Assembly (NCBI RefSeq): GCF_009914755.1
Contig: NC_060947.1
Direction: 5' to 3' (one strand)
Length of the DNA: 64,000 bases
From: the human T2T-CHM13v2.0 reference genome, Homo sapiens
Made by a program: the position numbers and the translations under genes. Of the stretch, positions 1 to 15,869 are shown piece after piece; positions within the stretch are counted from its first letter, which is position 1; the number at the start of each line of letters is the position of its first letter. The notes beneath the pieces are model-generated. The model worked only from the letters and a program-made list of their open reading frames with translations, was not told the DNA's origin and ran no database searches.

Positions 1-725
1 TCCCTATCTTGGTTAATGGTCCCATCAAAACCAGAAACCTGGGAGCCATCCTTGATTCCCTCCTTTTCCTCACTTTCCTTTCCAAGTCTGGTTAGTTTTC
101 TCTGCCGAAAGTGGACAACTTACCTTCTCTTTTTCCTCATATCTACCACCCTGATCCCTTCTTGCCCACTGAAACAATTGCACCAGCCTCCTAATTGATC
201 TCTTAGCTATCGTCTTCCACATCACTGCTAGAGGGACTGATCAGAAGGGCAATTCTGACCATGTCAGTCGTCATTAAAAAAAAAAAATCCTCAGTGGCTA
301 CTGCCTACAACATAAAGTCCAAACTGCTTAGCAAGGCTTCTGATGCCTGCTGTCTATGAATTTTGTTCCCTAGAAATAATTCTCTGTATGTACTTTTCTG
401 CTCTTTATACCTGTGTTCCTTTACTCCTTGTTTTTTGTCTGATTGGAATGTGCTCATCTGACTCATTCTTTAAAATTCAGCCCAGATGTTATCTCCTGGG
501 AGTGTACCTAAACCTCCAGACGGGTCTAGGAGCCCTTTCTCCTTGTGACTACATCATAGCCTTTCCCACTGTAGCGTTTGTCCTATTATTTTGAAATGAA
601 CTGAGTCTGTGTTTTTCTTTGCCACAAAGCCTGTAAGCTCCTGGAGGGCTGGGATCTTTTATTTCCAGCATCCAGCAGCAATGCCTTGCACATAGTACGT
701 GTTTAATAAATAGTTGTTGAAATAA
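1..725 (+). mobile_element. L2 LINE 3' fragment
   Basis: Ends in the L2 tail motif gcacatagtacgtgtttaataaatagttgttgaa. Confidence 0.7.
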
Positions 726-1066
726 ACTGCACAGTGACTGACAGTCCTGTAGATGCAGGTGAAAAATTTCAGAGACTAGTGTTGCATTTGCTACTATTCC
801 TGAGTTTGCATCTTAATGCCTTGTAGCTTTGTGGGGTATGAGAATGCGTAACACAAAAGCAAATGGTTCCCCACTCCCCCACAACCCCACAAAGTAAATA
901 CATCCATAAGGCTTCATATTGCCAGCGTCAGTTGCCAAGGATTAGAACCTTAAGAAGCAACAACCTTCTTTCTTTCTTATTTGAAAATGAGTTGGTTATT
1001 TCTACATTTCGTTTACTGGCTGATACTCTTAGTAAACAGAGCATTGTTTTGCAGGGTAAGGATCTA

Positions 1067-1273
1067 GAGCTGCATTGTCCACTGTGGTAGCCACCAGCCA
1101 CTTGTAGCTCTTTACATTTAAATTAATTAAAATGCAATACAAATTAAAATTTATTTTCTTGGTCACTAGCCACATTTCAGGTGTTCAATAGCAACTGTGG
1201 CTAGTAGCTACCATATTGGATGGCTCAGAAACAACAATTCCATCATCACAGAAATTTATTTCAACTAGTGCTG
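1067..1273 (-). mobile_element. MER3 hAT-Charlie MITE
   Basis: gtagccaccagccac...tgtggctagtagctacc palindromic core. Confidence 0.8.
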
Positions 1274-3002
1274 GTCTGTAGTGACAAGTGTTGGAAGATT
1301 GAAGCATTGAAGCACAGTTATATTTGCAAAGCAACCAGTTTATGATATATGATGGTGTTGAATTCCTGGTACTGACCATAGTCATGGATAGGCTTTTTCA
1401 ACCAATATTGGAAAATATTTTGCAATTGAAAGAGATACTAATTTGTTATTGATCTGTCATCCAAATGCTAAGGCAGAATGAAATTTCTGGTGCTGGAGAA
1501 GGCCTCAGAGATCATCTAGTCTAGTTATGCACTTAAGAAACTGAGGCTCTGAAAGATATAATAGCTCTTTAGTGGTAGAAGCTTGGGCTTCTCACCCTCA
1601 GTCCACTCTGCTGTTCTGGTTCCGTGGTACTTCTCAAGTTGTGTTCTCTCCTATGGCACATCTTCTCTGTTATTGATGCCAACGGGTTAAATAAGATAGC
1701 TTAAAAAAACTCCTTTAATCTCAGAGTGTTGAACACTTTCATTGTGATAGCAGGTAATGATCACTGAGCTTTGGTGAAATCAATGCTGCTAATAAAAATG
1801 AAGTACTCCAAAAGACCCTGTTATTGTTTCTCACTTTCTAACAGATTCTAAGTAAGTCAGTTGTTGCTGAATGCTCCATAATTATGAAAAGAATCTTACT
1901 CTTTGCATATGGGAAGATATCCTGTCTTCATTATGACTTTTTCAAGGTTGAATAATCCTGACTGCACCTGGTTTCAGCTAGTAACTTTGGGGGGAATGTG
2001 ATCTTTGTTTACCATGATCTTTGTTGTGTCAAATGAGGCATAAACAGTGTCAAATGTGTTGCATGAAGTGTGATATTAGTTTGACAGTAAAATGAGCTTA
2101 TTTGAATCTTTGAATCCAATATTAGGGTCTTTATTTTTCTTTGCATAGCATTTTGTTTTTCCATCTTTAACTGTTGTGAGGATGACTTTTAATTTTCTGA
2201 GTTACTGTGATTTTTTTTCTTTCTTAATCTTCCCATAGTCCTTCCTTCCCTCTCCCTCCCCATCCACCCTCCGTTACCCCCTCAAGCTGAAAGTCTCACA
2301 ACTCTTGTAAGAATTTTAATCATCTGCAGAAATGAAAATTCTTAGATCGTCTTATTTCTACCAGGATGTGTGAAAAAAGGAGTCACTGATGAGTAGTCTT
2401 TCAAACTGGGGTAATTGACCTTGTGAACAGTAGCCTTTGCATGTACCAGAATTTTCTTAGTGTCTCAGATAAGTGGCTGTGTTGAGTGGCTTTGTTGATT
2501 ACTGCTGTCTAATTATTCATGGAGCCCAGGATTTTGCACAGTGACCATCTCCTGGGTTGACTAACAAATGTTTGCAGTCTGTTCTTCGTGGCCAATTTTC
2601 ATAAACAATGATTTGATGTCTAAAAAGGTGTGGTTTTACTTTATGGTATTCATTACTTAAATTACTGAAATAGAATAGAAAGGAACATTATAAACACTTA
2701 CCTAGTTAGATGTCCTAAGTAGCTGTGAGGTAGAAAAGGTGAAATAGAAGATAATAGTAGTCCCTATTGTGAGGTATTTATTATTATATGGAATAAGAAA
2801 TAAGAAGTAAATTATGTTTTTTGTAAACACAGTTTTACATATAGAAAAACACTGATGCACTAGTTATCCTGATACATGAATATTGGTTTTTATAGGTAAA
2901 TACAAGCGCTAAAAAATTAGAATTATATTCTCAGATCTGTAATCTCACAAGAGGCTTAATTATGAGATTTGTTGGAAAATACTTTCCTTATGTTTGTTTC
3001 TC

Positions 3003-3131
3003 TTTTTTTTTTCTTGAGACAGGGTTTTGCTGTGTTGACCAGGCTGGTCTCAAACTCCTGAGCTCAAGCGATCTGCCCACCTCGGCCTTCCGAAGTGCTG
3101 GGATCACAGGCATGAGCCACTGTGCTCGGCC
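3003..3131 (-). mobile_element. Alu monomer (FLAM-like)
   Basis: Left arm only, preceded by a T tract. Confidence 0.85.
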
Positions 3132-3414
3132 TGTTTTGTTTCTCTTAATCTGTATAATCCTGGTTGTGGGGAAAGTGTTTATGCAAGTTAGAGAATCATT
3201 CTGTCCCCTGTCCTCCCAGTGGTCATACACTGTATCATTGTGTTAGTGTAGTATGGCATCAGTACTGAGTAAAGAACTGGTCTTGGGGAGTGGGAAATGG
3301 ATATATTTGCTGTCAAAATGAGTTATCATGAAGGTATAAATGTGTGGACACATTCAGTGAGCCTCTATATTGTTCCTTTAATTAGGTGAAATTGAAATGT
3401 TTCTTTTCTCGTGA

Positions 3415-3561
<147 letters not shown>

Positions 3562-3914
3562 TAGCTTTTAGTTCTCAGTCGTTGTATCTGCCACACATTC
3601 TGTGTTTTGCAGCCAGCTCTCTCTCTTTCAATAGGGCTACAAATTCTCTACAATCCTGATGCTTCTTTCTTGCTGCTTGCCTGGTGACCACTGATTGTCA
3701 GCAATTCTATTAGAGGTTGGGAAAAGTAGAAAAAATAAAGTAGAACTCAGTTTTTCAACTAGTTAGAGTATAAAAGTTTCTGAGATTTAGTATATAATGC
3801 TTTCTTTCTCTCACTCCTCATTTCCATAATAATCAGGGTTGGAACTATAAGTCTCTAAAATGTGACATGGCATTTGGCCCAGTTTTCATGGTTTTGCTGC
3901 ATAGGCAGCAGTGA

Positions 3915-4270
<356 letters not shown>

Positions 4271-4610
4271 TTATTGGGACTTAACATCCCCATTTCCCTC
4301 TCAGCCCCTCCCTATATCAGTTGAACTGTGGAGTCTCTTGGTCAGGATTTACAACACTTATTCTTCCATTTTGTAGACTTGATCATCTTTATCGCTGATT
4401 TGTTTTTTATGATGCCATTGGGAGGAATTGGGCATTTGGTTTAGTACATTTTTTGGGTCTGTTTGTATCTTTGAACTTATCTGTAAGACTGCTATTAAAT
4501 GTTTAAATGGGTGAGGATGAAAATTGATATAGACTTGGATTTTTGGTGGTTGAGAAGATCATTTATGTACAGATACTTTTTTTTCCCCTCTGTCCCCTTC
4601 TCTGGGATAA

Positions 4611-4745
<135 letters not shown>

Positions 4746-5446
4746 TGATTTTTTTCCAGCTCTGTTTGTTGTTTATTTTCTGATTTAGCAAATAGTTATT
4801 GCATATTTTCTTTGTGTAAAATGCCTTCTGTGCAGCTATAATTTATTGAATGGAAATTTCATAGGTATGAATGTAAAAACAGTATATTAGATTTGCAAAA
4901 ATATTTTTTCTTTCTCTTTAAACTGCTTATAAAATAATGTTTATTAATTTGAATAGAAAGACAATCCATAGCAAATTAATTGCCTCTGGTGCTTGCAACA
5001 TGTCTTGTGCTCTCATTCCCAAGTGCAGAAGAAACTGCTCTGATCTCGTTTATATTAGTTGTTGCCAAGATGTTTTGGTTAGAAAGTTAAGTAAGGTTTT
5101 ATTTTTAAAAGTCAGGGACTATGATACAGTCTGATAGAATGAAAATCTCTGGTTCATGTGCTAGTTATGATACATTGTCTTGATTTTAGTGAGATATTGA
5201 TGTCTTTGGCCATAATCGTGGGGGCTATAGCCTGCTCAAAATACTGGCTATTAATAATGATCGCAGGAAGGATTGAGTTGCTGAAGATAAGGCTAACAGT
5301 GTTAACTATTTGAGTTTTGAATTGCCGCTGATGAGTCAAGTCTTTATAATTCTAGAAGCAATTGTGATATACTGGTGAAGAGCTTAGGTGCTGAGGCCGG
5401 ACTGCTTGTGGTTTAAGTCCTAGCCCTATTACTTACTAGCATGTAA

Positions 5447-5813
<367 letters not shown>

Positions 5814-6217
5814 TAGGGCCCTATTTCAAGAGTTGCCGGAAGGGTTAAATCCATTAATTCATATTAGATGATGAGAGCAGTCCTTGCCAGATAGCCAACA
5901 CTCAGTAAATATAAGCTATAATTATAATGCTAATTATTAATCTAGCAAGATGGAGTTGCTTAATATCAAATAGTAGCAAATCATTTAATGCATTAACATT
6001 GTAAAAAATTTTAAATTTTTATTGCCCCTCTTGCATGCAAATATTTCTGAGTTCTGTAGTGTCCAAGATGAGTCCTTTTAGCATTTTGACACTGGTTGTT
6101 TTAGTTCCAATTGAAAGAGGAAAGGGTACCTTTTTGGCTTCATTTACCTTTGTGTTCCATAAGGATTCTTGATGATTAAATACAAGAGCATGTATTGTAA
6201 TACTGGTTAGTTTGTGA

Positions 6218-6391
<174 letters not shown>

Positions 6392-6781
6392 TGAACTTTC
6401 AACTGACTTTCAGTTACGAGTATTGGCAGGGCTTCTCAAGCCCACAGTTCATTGAGGTGGATTTATAGTAATGAATAATTGAAATGGATAAAATTAATTT
6501 AAGTATATAGACTACAGGTTACACTGCCTTTCTCTGCTTTTGAGTATGCATCTTTAAATAAATAAGTTGAAACAGCACGACTGTTTGTCAAGTGGAATGA
6601 ATGCCACATGATGGAGTTGGACATCATTAGTCTGCTGAAGTGTCCCTTATGAGCAGTGGAAAGGTGAGAGAGGAGTGTCAGTAGCATTGCTATAGTGCTG
6701 CTCTTGCTCCTGTGACAGGCAAGGTCATTGCTATAGGATGTTAATTAACTGGACCTTAACCTCTTTTTACCTCTGTTCTAG

Positions 6782-6857
6782 TGTTTTGTTCCCACAACGT
6801 TGGAAAAGGAAAACTTTTAAGAACTATTTCTGACAGTGGTGATGAAAAGTATTTTCA
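6782..6857 (+). other. POLA1: Latent pseudoexon 13a of POLA1 (XLPDR); reference (non-disease) allele A at 6858
   Basis: CCTTAAC branch point, pyrimidine tract and AG at 6780-6781. Position 6858 is exactly 354 nt before exon 14; A>G turns CA|ATGAGT into CA|GTGAGT, matching the recalled c.1375-354A>G variant. In-frame TAA at 6818-6820. Confidence 0.9.
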
Positions 6858-7178
6858 ATGAGTTCCACTCTGTTGCTTTCATTCTTCTAATGGAGTGGTA
6901 CTTACTTGGCTATTCTTTATCAGTAAAGCATGTACAGCTCTGGACAGAAATTTTCTTTTGGGGGAGCTTCTTGGCCTATTTTTCTTCTAATGGGTGTCAT
7001 CAAGATGCATTATTTTGTCATTGTGAATTGGTTTTGTTTCCTACTGTGAATTGTTTTGGATTTCATTTGTGGCAAATTACATTTCATATATATCAAAGGG
7101 GTTTTCTTCTGTGCTTCATAGAGAGGCTTTTGTTTATTTCAAATATAGACTTTGGAAAATGCAAAGTAATAGTTTTAA

Positions 7179-7439
<261 letters not shown>

Positions 7440-7777
7440 TAATGTGTCTACTTCCTTTTCTGTTTGTTTCTTCAGTTTTCGTTGAGTGAGTATAGGGAGT
7501 ACATTTGGAATCACCTTATCTCGGTAATGCCTGGCGGTTTAGTCTGAGGGAGGCCTTAGTTTGGGGTGCATCCCTCATTATGCTGTTATTCATATGTACT
7601 TCTGACCTGGCTGATGTGGCCCAGCTGTTGTGCATAGTGAACTGCTGACCTTTGAAGGAGAGGAGAATCACTATTCAATATGGATAGTGCATGTTTTTCC
7701 TGTTACCTGATGTTTTTCAGTAATTGCTTCTATGATAGTCTGCTTTGTCTTAAAAATGTTTCATGATTCCTCCAAGG

Positions 7778-7905
7778 CAGTGTTTCAGTTTTTTTAAAAC
7801 CTATTTTGGGTCCTGGATGCTTTGGAGAATCTGATGAAAGCTATAGACCTCTTTCCCAGGAAAATGAACATATGTACACACACGTGAGGATTTGCATACA
7901 ACCCA
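7778..7905. mobile_element. hAT-Charlie MITE fragment (MER117-like)
   Basis: gagaatctgatgaaagctatagacc...ccaggaaaatg signature; a related copy in opposite orientation lies at ~36875-37042. Confidence 0.5.
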
Positions 7906-8029
7906 ATAATGTGGCTTATTTTTAGTTAGATGTTACAATATGTCATTCTTATTAGAAGGCAGGGTTGAAGAATATGCCAGTTAATGACAGATGTCTTAAT
8001 TATAGTAGTTTTTCTTTTTCAGTAAATAG

Positions 8030-8218
<189 letters not shown>

Positions 8219-8970
8219 TAAAAAATAGGACAGATTTTGTACCCATGCCTTAGATGTGTTACTTGCCTGAACTTGCACAGCTTTGCTTTAAGAGAAAGTT
8301 GTTCTTTTTGGAGGGGAAAGAATACTAATTCACTACTAAACTCTTATAGAGAATGAATTGAATTTGTCTAGTGTTGGAGTTTTTTCTTAAAGACTTAAAT
8401 TGCTGAACTTATTTTTATTTTTGTCTATTAAATTTTTTACTTAGGAGAGCTTCAAATGGACACAGACAGAATAATAAAATGAACTCCCCATACCAATCAC
8501 TCATATTCAGCAGTTAGCAAGATTTTGTTACACTTGTTTATTTCCCTCCTTTTTTTCTTCTTGAAGTATTTTAAAGCTAGTCTCAGACATTGTGTCATTT
8601 TCCCTGTGAACCTTGGTATGCTTCTCTCAAAATGTGGTATTTCTTATATAATACCATTAGCACACCTAATAACATTAACAGTGACTCCTTGGTATAATCT
8701 AAAATACCCAGTCCATACTTACATGACTCTGTCTCTCAAGATGCCTTTTAAAACTCAGTTTGTTTGAATCAGGATTCACACAAGATTCGCAGATGGTATT
8801 TAATCTATGTGCCTCTTGAATCTCTTTTAAACAGGAAGAACTCACTCCTACTCTCCAGTTTTTTTAATGACATTGAATAATTAAAGAATCATTGTTGGTT
8901 GTCTTGTAGAATATCCCGTTTTCTCTATTTATTTGCTTTGTTGTGGTGTCATTGGACTTTTCCTCTATAC

Positions 8971-9177
8971 CAGGGGTTGGCAGGCAATCAATTGTCTGTG
9001 AGCCAAATCCAGCCTGCTACCTATTTGTGCAAGTCAAATTTCACTGGAAGACAGCATGTTTACAGCTGCTTTTGCACTATGACAGCAGAATTGAGTAGTA
9101 ACGGTGACCATATTTAGGCCTGCAAAGCCTAAAATATTTACTGTCTGGCTCTTGAAAGAAAAAGTGTGCTGACCCTG
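8971..9177 (+). mobile_element. MER58A
   Basis: caggggttggca...gcaaagcctaaaatatttact...tgctgaccctg with terminal inverted repeats. Confidence 0.85.
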
Positions 9178-9445
9178 CCTTATCCTTCATATTTCCGCAT
9201 ACTATAAGTGAGCTCTAAAGGATCAAATTAGATTCAGGTTCAACTTTTTTAGCCAAAATGCTTTATAGGTGATGCAGTGTACTTCATATTGCATCATATC
9301 AGAAGACACAATGTCTGGTTAAGCTGCTATTAGTTGACAAAGGCTGGGATCAGTGGAAAAAAATAACCTGCTATTAGTGAGTCTGTGTCTGATTAGCAGT
9401 TGAATGAATGATAACTATTGTAATTCTCCATCAGTTTTTCATCTA

Positions 9446-9681
9446 AGGTTTTTTAACTTTGACACTACAGGTATTTTGGGCCGGATAATGCTTTTGTGGG
9501 GTACTGTCCTGGGCATTGTAGGATGTTTAACAGCATCCCTGGTCTTTACTTTCTAGATGCCAGTAGCATCCGTCCCCTCTAGTTGTGACAACCAAAAAAT
9601 GCCTACAAACACATCATCAGATGTCCCCGGGTCAGGGGATGTGTATGTGTGTATAAAATTACCCCCAGTTGAGAACCACTG
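9446..9681 (+). mobile_element. MER20
   Basis: gggccggataat...gttgtgacaaccaaaaa...gttgagaaccactg. Confidence 0.85.
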
Positions 9682-10054
9682 AGCTAATGGCTTCATTTAT
9701 TAGTCATTTTTGCCGGAATTAGTTAATTTCATTAGAAGTCGTAAAATGGTGATTTTTTAAAAATTCTGTCCATGGTTTTTAAATTTTTCTATAAAATTAA
9801 ATTTTTTTCTTTAGCCAGTATTATTTGGTTATGCCATAATGGTTTACACAGGAAAGACAGGATAAATGCTTACTTCCTTCTCTTTAATTGCCAGTTGTCC
9901 TAGTAGGAAGTTGGGACCTATATTACATGCAGTCGTGACTGATGCTTTATTTATTTATTTATTTTTGTTGTTATGTTTTAACTTCCTAAGTCCTTTTGAC
10001 ATTGATAGGGATCTTTTTTAACAGCATTTTGTCAGTGTTTTCAGTATTTTCTGA

Positions 10055-10373
<319 letters not shown>

Positions 10374-10509
10374 CGTGATCTTTTAATAATAGTTAATACT
10401 GTAGATGGCCATAGTTCATAGTTAAGTGTTTGGGAGAAGTTTAATTAGTAGTTAAAATTTTAAGAAAGTATCCACCTCTAGTGTCCAGAATGAGGTTTCC
10501 ACATTCCAT

Positions 10510-10824
10510 TTTCTTTTCTTTTTTTTTCTTTTTTTGAGATGGAGTCTTGCTCTGTTGCCTAGGCTGGAGTGGAGTACAGTGATGCGATCTCCGCTCACTG
10601 CAACCTCTGTCTCCCGGGTTCAAGTGATTCTCCTGCCTCAGCCTCCTGAGTAACTGGAATTACAGGTGTGCGTCACCACATGCCCAGCTAATTTTTATAT
10701 TTTTAGTAGAGACGGAGTTTCCCCATGTTGGCCAGGCTAGTCCCAAACTCCTGACCTTAAGTGATCCGCCCACCTTGGCCTCCCAAAGTGCTGGGATTAC
10801 AGGCGTGAGCTACCATGCCCAACC
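10510..10824 (-). mobile_element. AluS
   Basis: Antisense Alu, TSD ccattttct. Confidence 0.92.
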
Positions 10825-10829
10825 CCATT

Positions 10830-12235
10830 TTCTAATAAAAGGAAATTGGGCGCTCTGGAGTAATGGCAGATTCAGGGAAGGAAATGTCCAGGATAAGTCT
10901 GGAACATCTTATTATACCAGAAAGCAACGACAGTATTAAAATCTACTGAAGATATGTCAAAAGGACTCAGGAATCAACTTGAAGAGTCTTCTACTGAACA
11001 AAGATGGGACAATGTGAGGGTAAGAATAAGTTGAACAGATTGCAACACATCAGATCCATGAGTTCATAATGATATTGTCTGCAATGACACCACATCGATC
11101 ACTTCTGAAGGAAGCTGGGGAACCAACTCATTATTTTGAAAACTGATAAAGGGATTGAATGAAGGTTTTTGACTTTTCTGAACACATGCTATACCTCAGG
11201 CAACCAAATAATTGATGAGGGGAAGTTTCTCTTCATAGACGGTTTCCAGCTAATAAATGAAAGATAAATGGAATAGTACCACTTTGTAATTGCCGGTGAA
11301 ATAATGGATCTAGGAAGTGATCACCAGTGGGTACTTATATCTCTAAGGTAGAGATGAGCAGACATTATGTGCCTGTGCCTTTGGATAGAAGTAATCAGCG
11401 CCTCTAAAGTATTCTTGCCCCAGAATTGAACCTGATTTTGATCAAGCTTTTAGACCTAACTATGAATTTATAGACAGTATGGAGACAGAAAAACAAGTTA
11501 AGTGACACTGTTGGGACACAAGTAGTAGAATCCATACTATGGGGCACTCTCTAGGACAAACAGCCTAGTTTCTTTAGCAAGTAAATTATAGGGGAATGAC
11601 AGATGGGATAGGGTTGTACCTGTAGTTTTACATATCAGCCATTACAAAGTATGGTCCTTGTGTGGTAAATAAAATTGAGATAATTGGAAAATATGAAAAT
11701 TTAAATTCTGCCTGGATAATTAATGATTTTAAGAAATTACTATTCATGTAATTGTATTAGGTGAGATAATTGTATTGTGATTATATTTTTCAAACTTCTT
11801 ATCTTTCAGAGTGGTGGTGGTTGTCAGCTGGGTGAGATTTTGCCTCTAAGGGGACATTTAACAATGTCTGGAGACATTTTTGGTTGTCACAACTCAGGGG
11901 GTCTGGGAATGGTAATACTGGCAACTAGTAGGGAGATGCTGGGGATGCTGCTAACATCATACAGAGCACAGGACAGCCCCCACAACAAAGAATTATTTGG
12001 CCCAAGGTGTTAATAGCTCCATGATTGAGAAACCCAGTTTTAGAGATTGATGCTGAAATCTTCCCAGATAAAATGATGGGTTTGGGTTTTGCTTCAAAAT
12101 AATCTAGAGAGAGGAAGGAAGTAGGTAGGGTTATAGATGAGTTGATAATTGAAACTGGATGATGGCTATACAGGAGTTAATTTTATTTTGTCTATTTTTA
12201 ATGTGTTTACATATTTTTATAATAAAAAGTTTAAA
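10830..12235 (+). mobile_element. Old L1M (L1MC-like) 3' UTR, sense, with nested MER20 (~11810-12038, minus)
   Basis: Ends in ttttataataaaaagtttaaa, an L1-type 3' end. Confidence 0.55.
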
Positions 12236-12236
12236 G

Positions 12237-12533
12237 TATTTATTATTTTTCGAGACAGAGTCTCACTCTGTCACCCATGCTGGAGCGCAGTGGTGCGATC
12301 TCAGTTCACTACAACCTCTGCCTCTTGGGTTCAAGTGATTCTCCTGCCTCAGTCTCCCGAGTAGCTGGGATTACAGGTGCACGCCACCATGCCCAGCTAA
12401 GTACTGTATTTTTAGTAGAGACGGGGTTTTACCATGTTGGCCAGGCTCGTCTCGAACTCCTGACCTCAAGTGGTCCACCCGCCTCAGCCTCTCAGAGTGC
12501 TGGAATTACAGGCATGAGCCACCACGCCTGGCC
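12237..12533 (-). mobile_element. AluS
   Basis: Antisense Alu 115 nt upstream of exon 16. Confidence 0.92.
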
Positions 12534-12621
12534 AAACTTTTCATATGTGTTTAAATGTGTATCTTTAAATATTCTTGGTGATTTTGGTGAGAATGCAGAA
12601 TGTATAGTAGCGGTCTGGTAA

Positions 12622-12774
<153 letters not shown>

Positions 12775-13975
12775 TGAATTTCCTTATTTTTTCTCCAGCT
12801 ATTGGATCAGTAACTTGTTTTTCAAAAATTGTTTTCAAGAATAGTGCATATTGTTAAAGAGGGTTTTGTTTTTTTTTGTTTTTTTTTTTTTTGCCATGGA
12901 AACTAAGTTTTATTGGGTTGGTTGCCTCCTATTCAGCTGGTTCATTTTTTTTTTTCTAGGAGAAGTCTGGAGTCTATTTGACATCTTTTTTTTGTTTCAA
13001 TGGTTGCTCTACTGAGGTTGAGTAGTTTTTTCCTGGGTCAAAATTAGACTTTATTTTCTGATGTCATTCTAATAGCCTATCATAGAAGCTTGATCAAAGT
13101 TTTCTGTGTGATGAGGCAAGATGCCAAGGAATAAATATTTACCTATTTGGGAGGAGTTATAGTAATAAGAATTGGAGTTGGGTTGTGCTATGCATAAAAT
13201 TCAATGGATGAAACAATTCCACCAAGTTCTGCATATGTGTTTTATGAGTCAGTCTCCAAGGAGGATTCTGATATATTCCATGTTGAGAGCTTGGCCAGTT
13301 ACCTAAGCATTTTGCTGTTTTTTAAAAAAGGGAATAATACCATTGACCTATTATATTTCCTGGGATCTTTTTCAGCCCAGAAGCAGAGATTAACTTGGCG
13401 AGCCTCTCGTCTGGTTTTCTTGGGTGTTAGGAAAGTAGGACTAAAACATGCAGAGAAGGGAGTATGAGATATGATTGTTGTGAAGTTTTCCCCCTTAAGT
13501 GGGTGGAACACATGGAACAAAATGGTGATGAGAATAGCCTGGAAAATATGTAGAAGAGAGCAATCATGAGTTCATTTCAACACGCATTTATTCACTTCCT
13601 CTATGTACGTCACTATGTGAACAGCTGTTGTGTATGGTAAGGAACTTACAGTGTGTAATAGGGGAAGCTTTGGTCAATTTTACCTTTTCAGAAGGCTGAA
13701 CTGAGTTTCTCCGCTGTATGTTGCTTGCGGCATTGGTGGTGGTGGGATTTCCTTTGAGGAAGACTGCTAAAATCTTCCATTCTGGCTTCAGTGGATAGAT
13801 AGCAAATGTTTCATCAAAGCAGTTTTAACAACTGCAGGGACTTAGGGTTCTGTGCTTGACCATTCTTTTGAGGTCATCAACATGACCAGTGGAAGTATTT
13901 GATGACCCTCCTAATTCTTTAGGGTTGGGGGGAATATATTTAAGACAGTTTCGTTTGGAAACATGTACTATATGA

Positions 13976-14191
<216 letters not shown>

Positions 14192-14903
14192 TAGATTCAT
14201 TCCTGCCAGATTGGACTATGACATCGACCCATTAAAATGTATTAGACATACACCTAGAAGCATTATTTAACAATGTTTAAATGTTTTACTACCTGAAAAT
14301 AATGGGATTCTGTACTGTATTGGTGGTTGGATAGGCTCAAACCCCCCTCCAATAGCTTAATTAGAAGCTTCTCTAAAATGCATGATCATATGATTCCTGT
14401 TTTGGGAAGGTGTTGGGTAGAGTCCCTCCCCAGCTTGAGGGAAGCTAAATGAAGTTGGGAATACTGTGGACGTTAAAGAGCCATGTATTGACAAAGTTGA
14501 CATGGGGTTGGCCAAAATGGATCAGTGATCTCTAAATTCCAGCGTGCTCCATGAAGAAGTTTTCATGGGTCCTTAATAAAATGGGGAGGAGTGGGAAGTA
14601 GTATAATGTAGTGAATTTTTCACAAAGGTAAATGTATTCAATTAAAAGAATTTTCTTTTATGGATTGTATGTTGTTTCTTTTACGAAGTGATGATATTGA
14701 TACGTTTTTAGGTTTGTTTTGTTTTTTAATGTCTTCATCTGACAAAAGTAAGCAACCTTGTCAGGTTCTACTTATTTTATTTAATTGGCTTGAGAAGTCC
14801 AGTAGTTGGGAGGTACTGTTAGATTAGGCTATTATTTGTGAAGTGCCGTGAATTACCTAACCAGGTAAAATGACCTAGGAAAATTCCATTAGAGTCAAAC
14901 CGA

Positions 14904-15194
14904 CTTTTTTTTTGAGACGGAGTCCCGCTTTGTTGCCCAGGCTGGAGTGCATTGGCGTGATATTGGCTCACTGCAGCCTCCACTCCCTAGTTCAAGGGAT
15001 TCTCGTGCCTCAGCCTCCTGAGTATCTGGGATTACAGGCTCGTGGCACCACGCCCAGCTAATTTTTGTATTTTTAGTAGAGACAGGGTTTCACCATATTG
15101 ACCAGGATGGTCTCAAGCTCCTGACCTCAAGTGATTCACCCGCCTCAGCCTCCCAAAGTGCTGGGATTACAGGTGTGAGCCACTGCGCCCAGCC
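14904..15194 (-). mobile_element. AluS
   Basis: Antisense dimeric Alu. Confidence 0.92.
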
Positions 15195-15674
15195 ACTTAT
15201 AATTCTTAAATATGTTTGTTTTTAGTCTAGTTTCTTATTTATCAGTTCTCATCTTACCATTTGGGATTATTTTATACAATCCTTGGGATTTCTTTGCCCA
15301 GTAAATACATAAACAGTGAAGTCTACCAGGGATTATATAGGAAAGTAATGTTTTTGATAGGTACTCTGATTCATATGCTCTAAATGTGTCCAGATGCACA
15401 AGCATGTCCCTGTGGAGGGACATTTCTATATTTTATGTTGCTCAGCACTTAAAATATTTTGCTTTATTCACATGCTTATTACTAGAATGAGCTCCTCAGA
15501 GACTTTGAAATTATTACTATGAAACCTACAATCAGGAATTTCATTGCTACATTTAGTTTTGAAATGGATGGTTTCTTTTAACCCTAAGAAATCTTACCAT
15601 AGTTGAACAAGAAGCCAAGATACAGTACTTGCGGACAGTAAAGAGTCGTCAGTGACTGGTGTGTTTTTATCTAA

Positions 15675-15869
<195 letters not shown>

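Noticed and set aside
222-238. CTCF-like CTGCTAGAGGGAC
   Set aside because: Imperfect match inside an L2 fragment.
12221-12226. AATAAA as an intronic polyadenylation signal
   Set aside because: Part of an old L1 tail; such hexamers are abundant in this AT-rich window and there is no other support.
13870-13910. Hairpin GGTCATCAA/TTGATGACC
   Set aside because: Only a 9-bp stem, with no H/ACA, C/D or pre-miRNA architecture around it.
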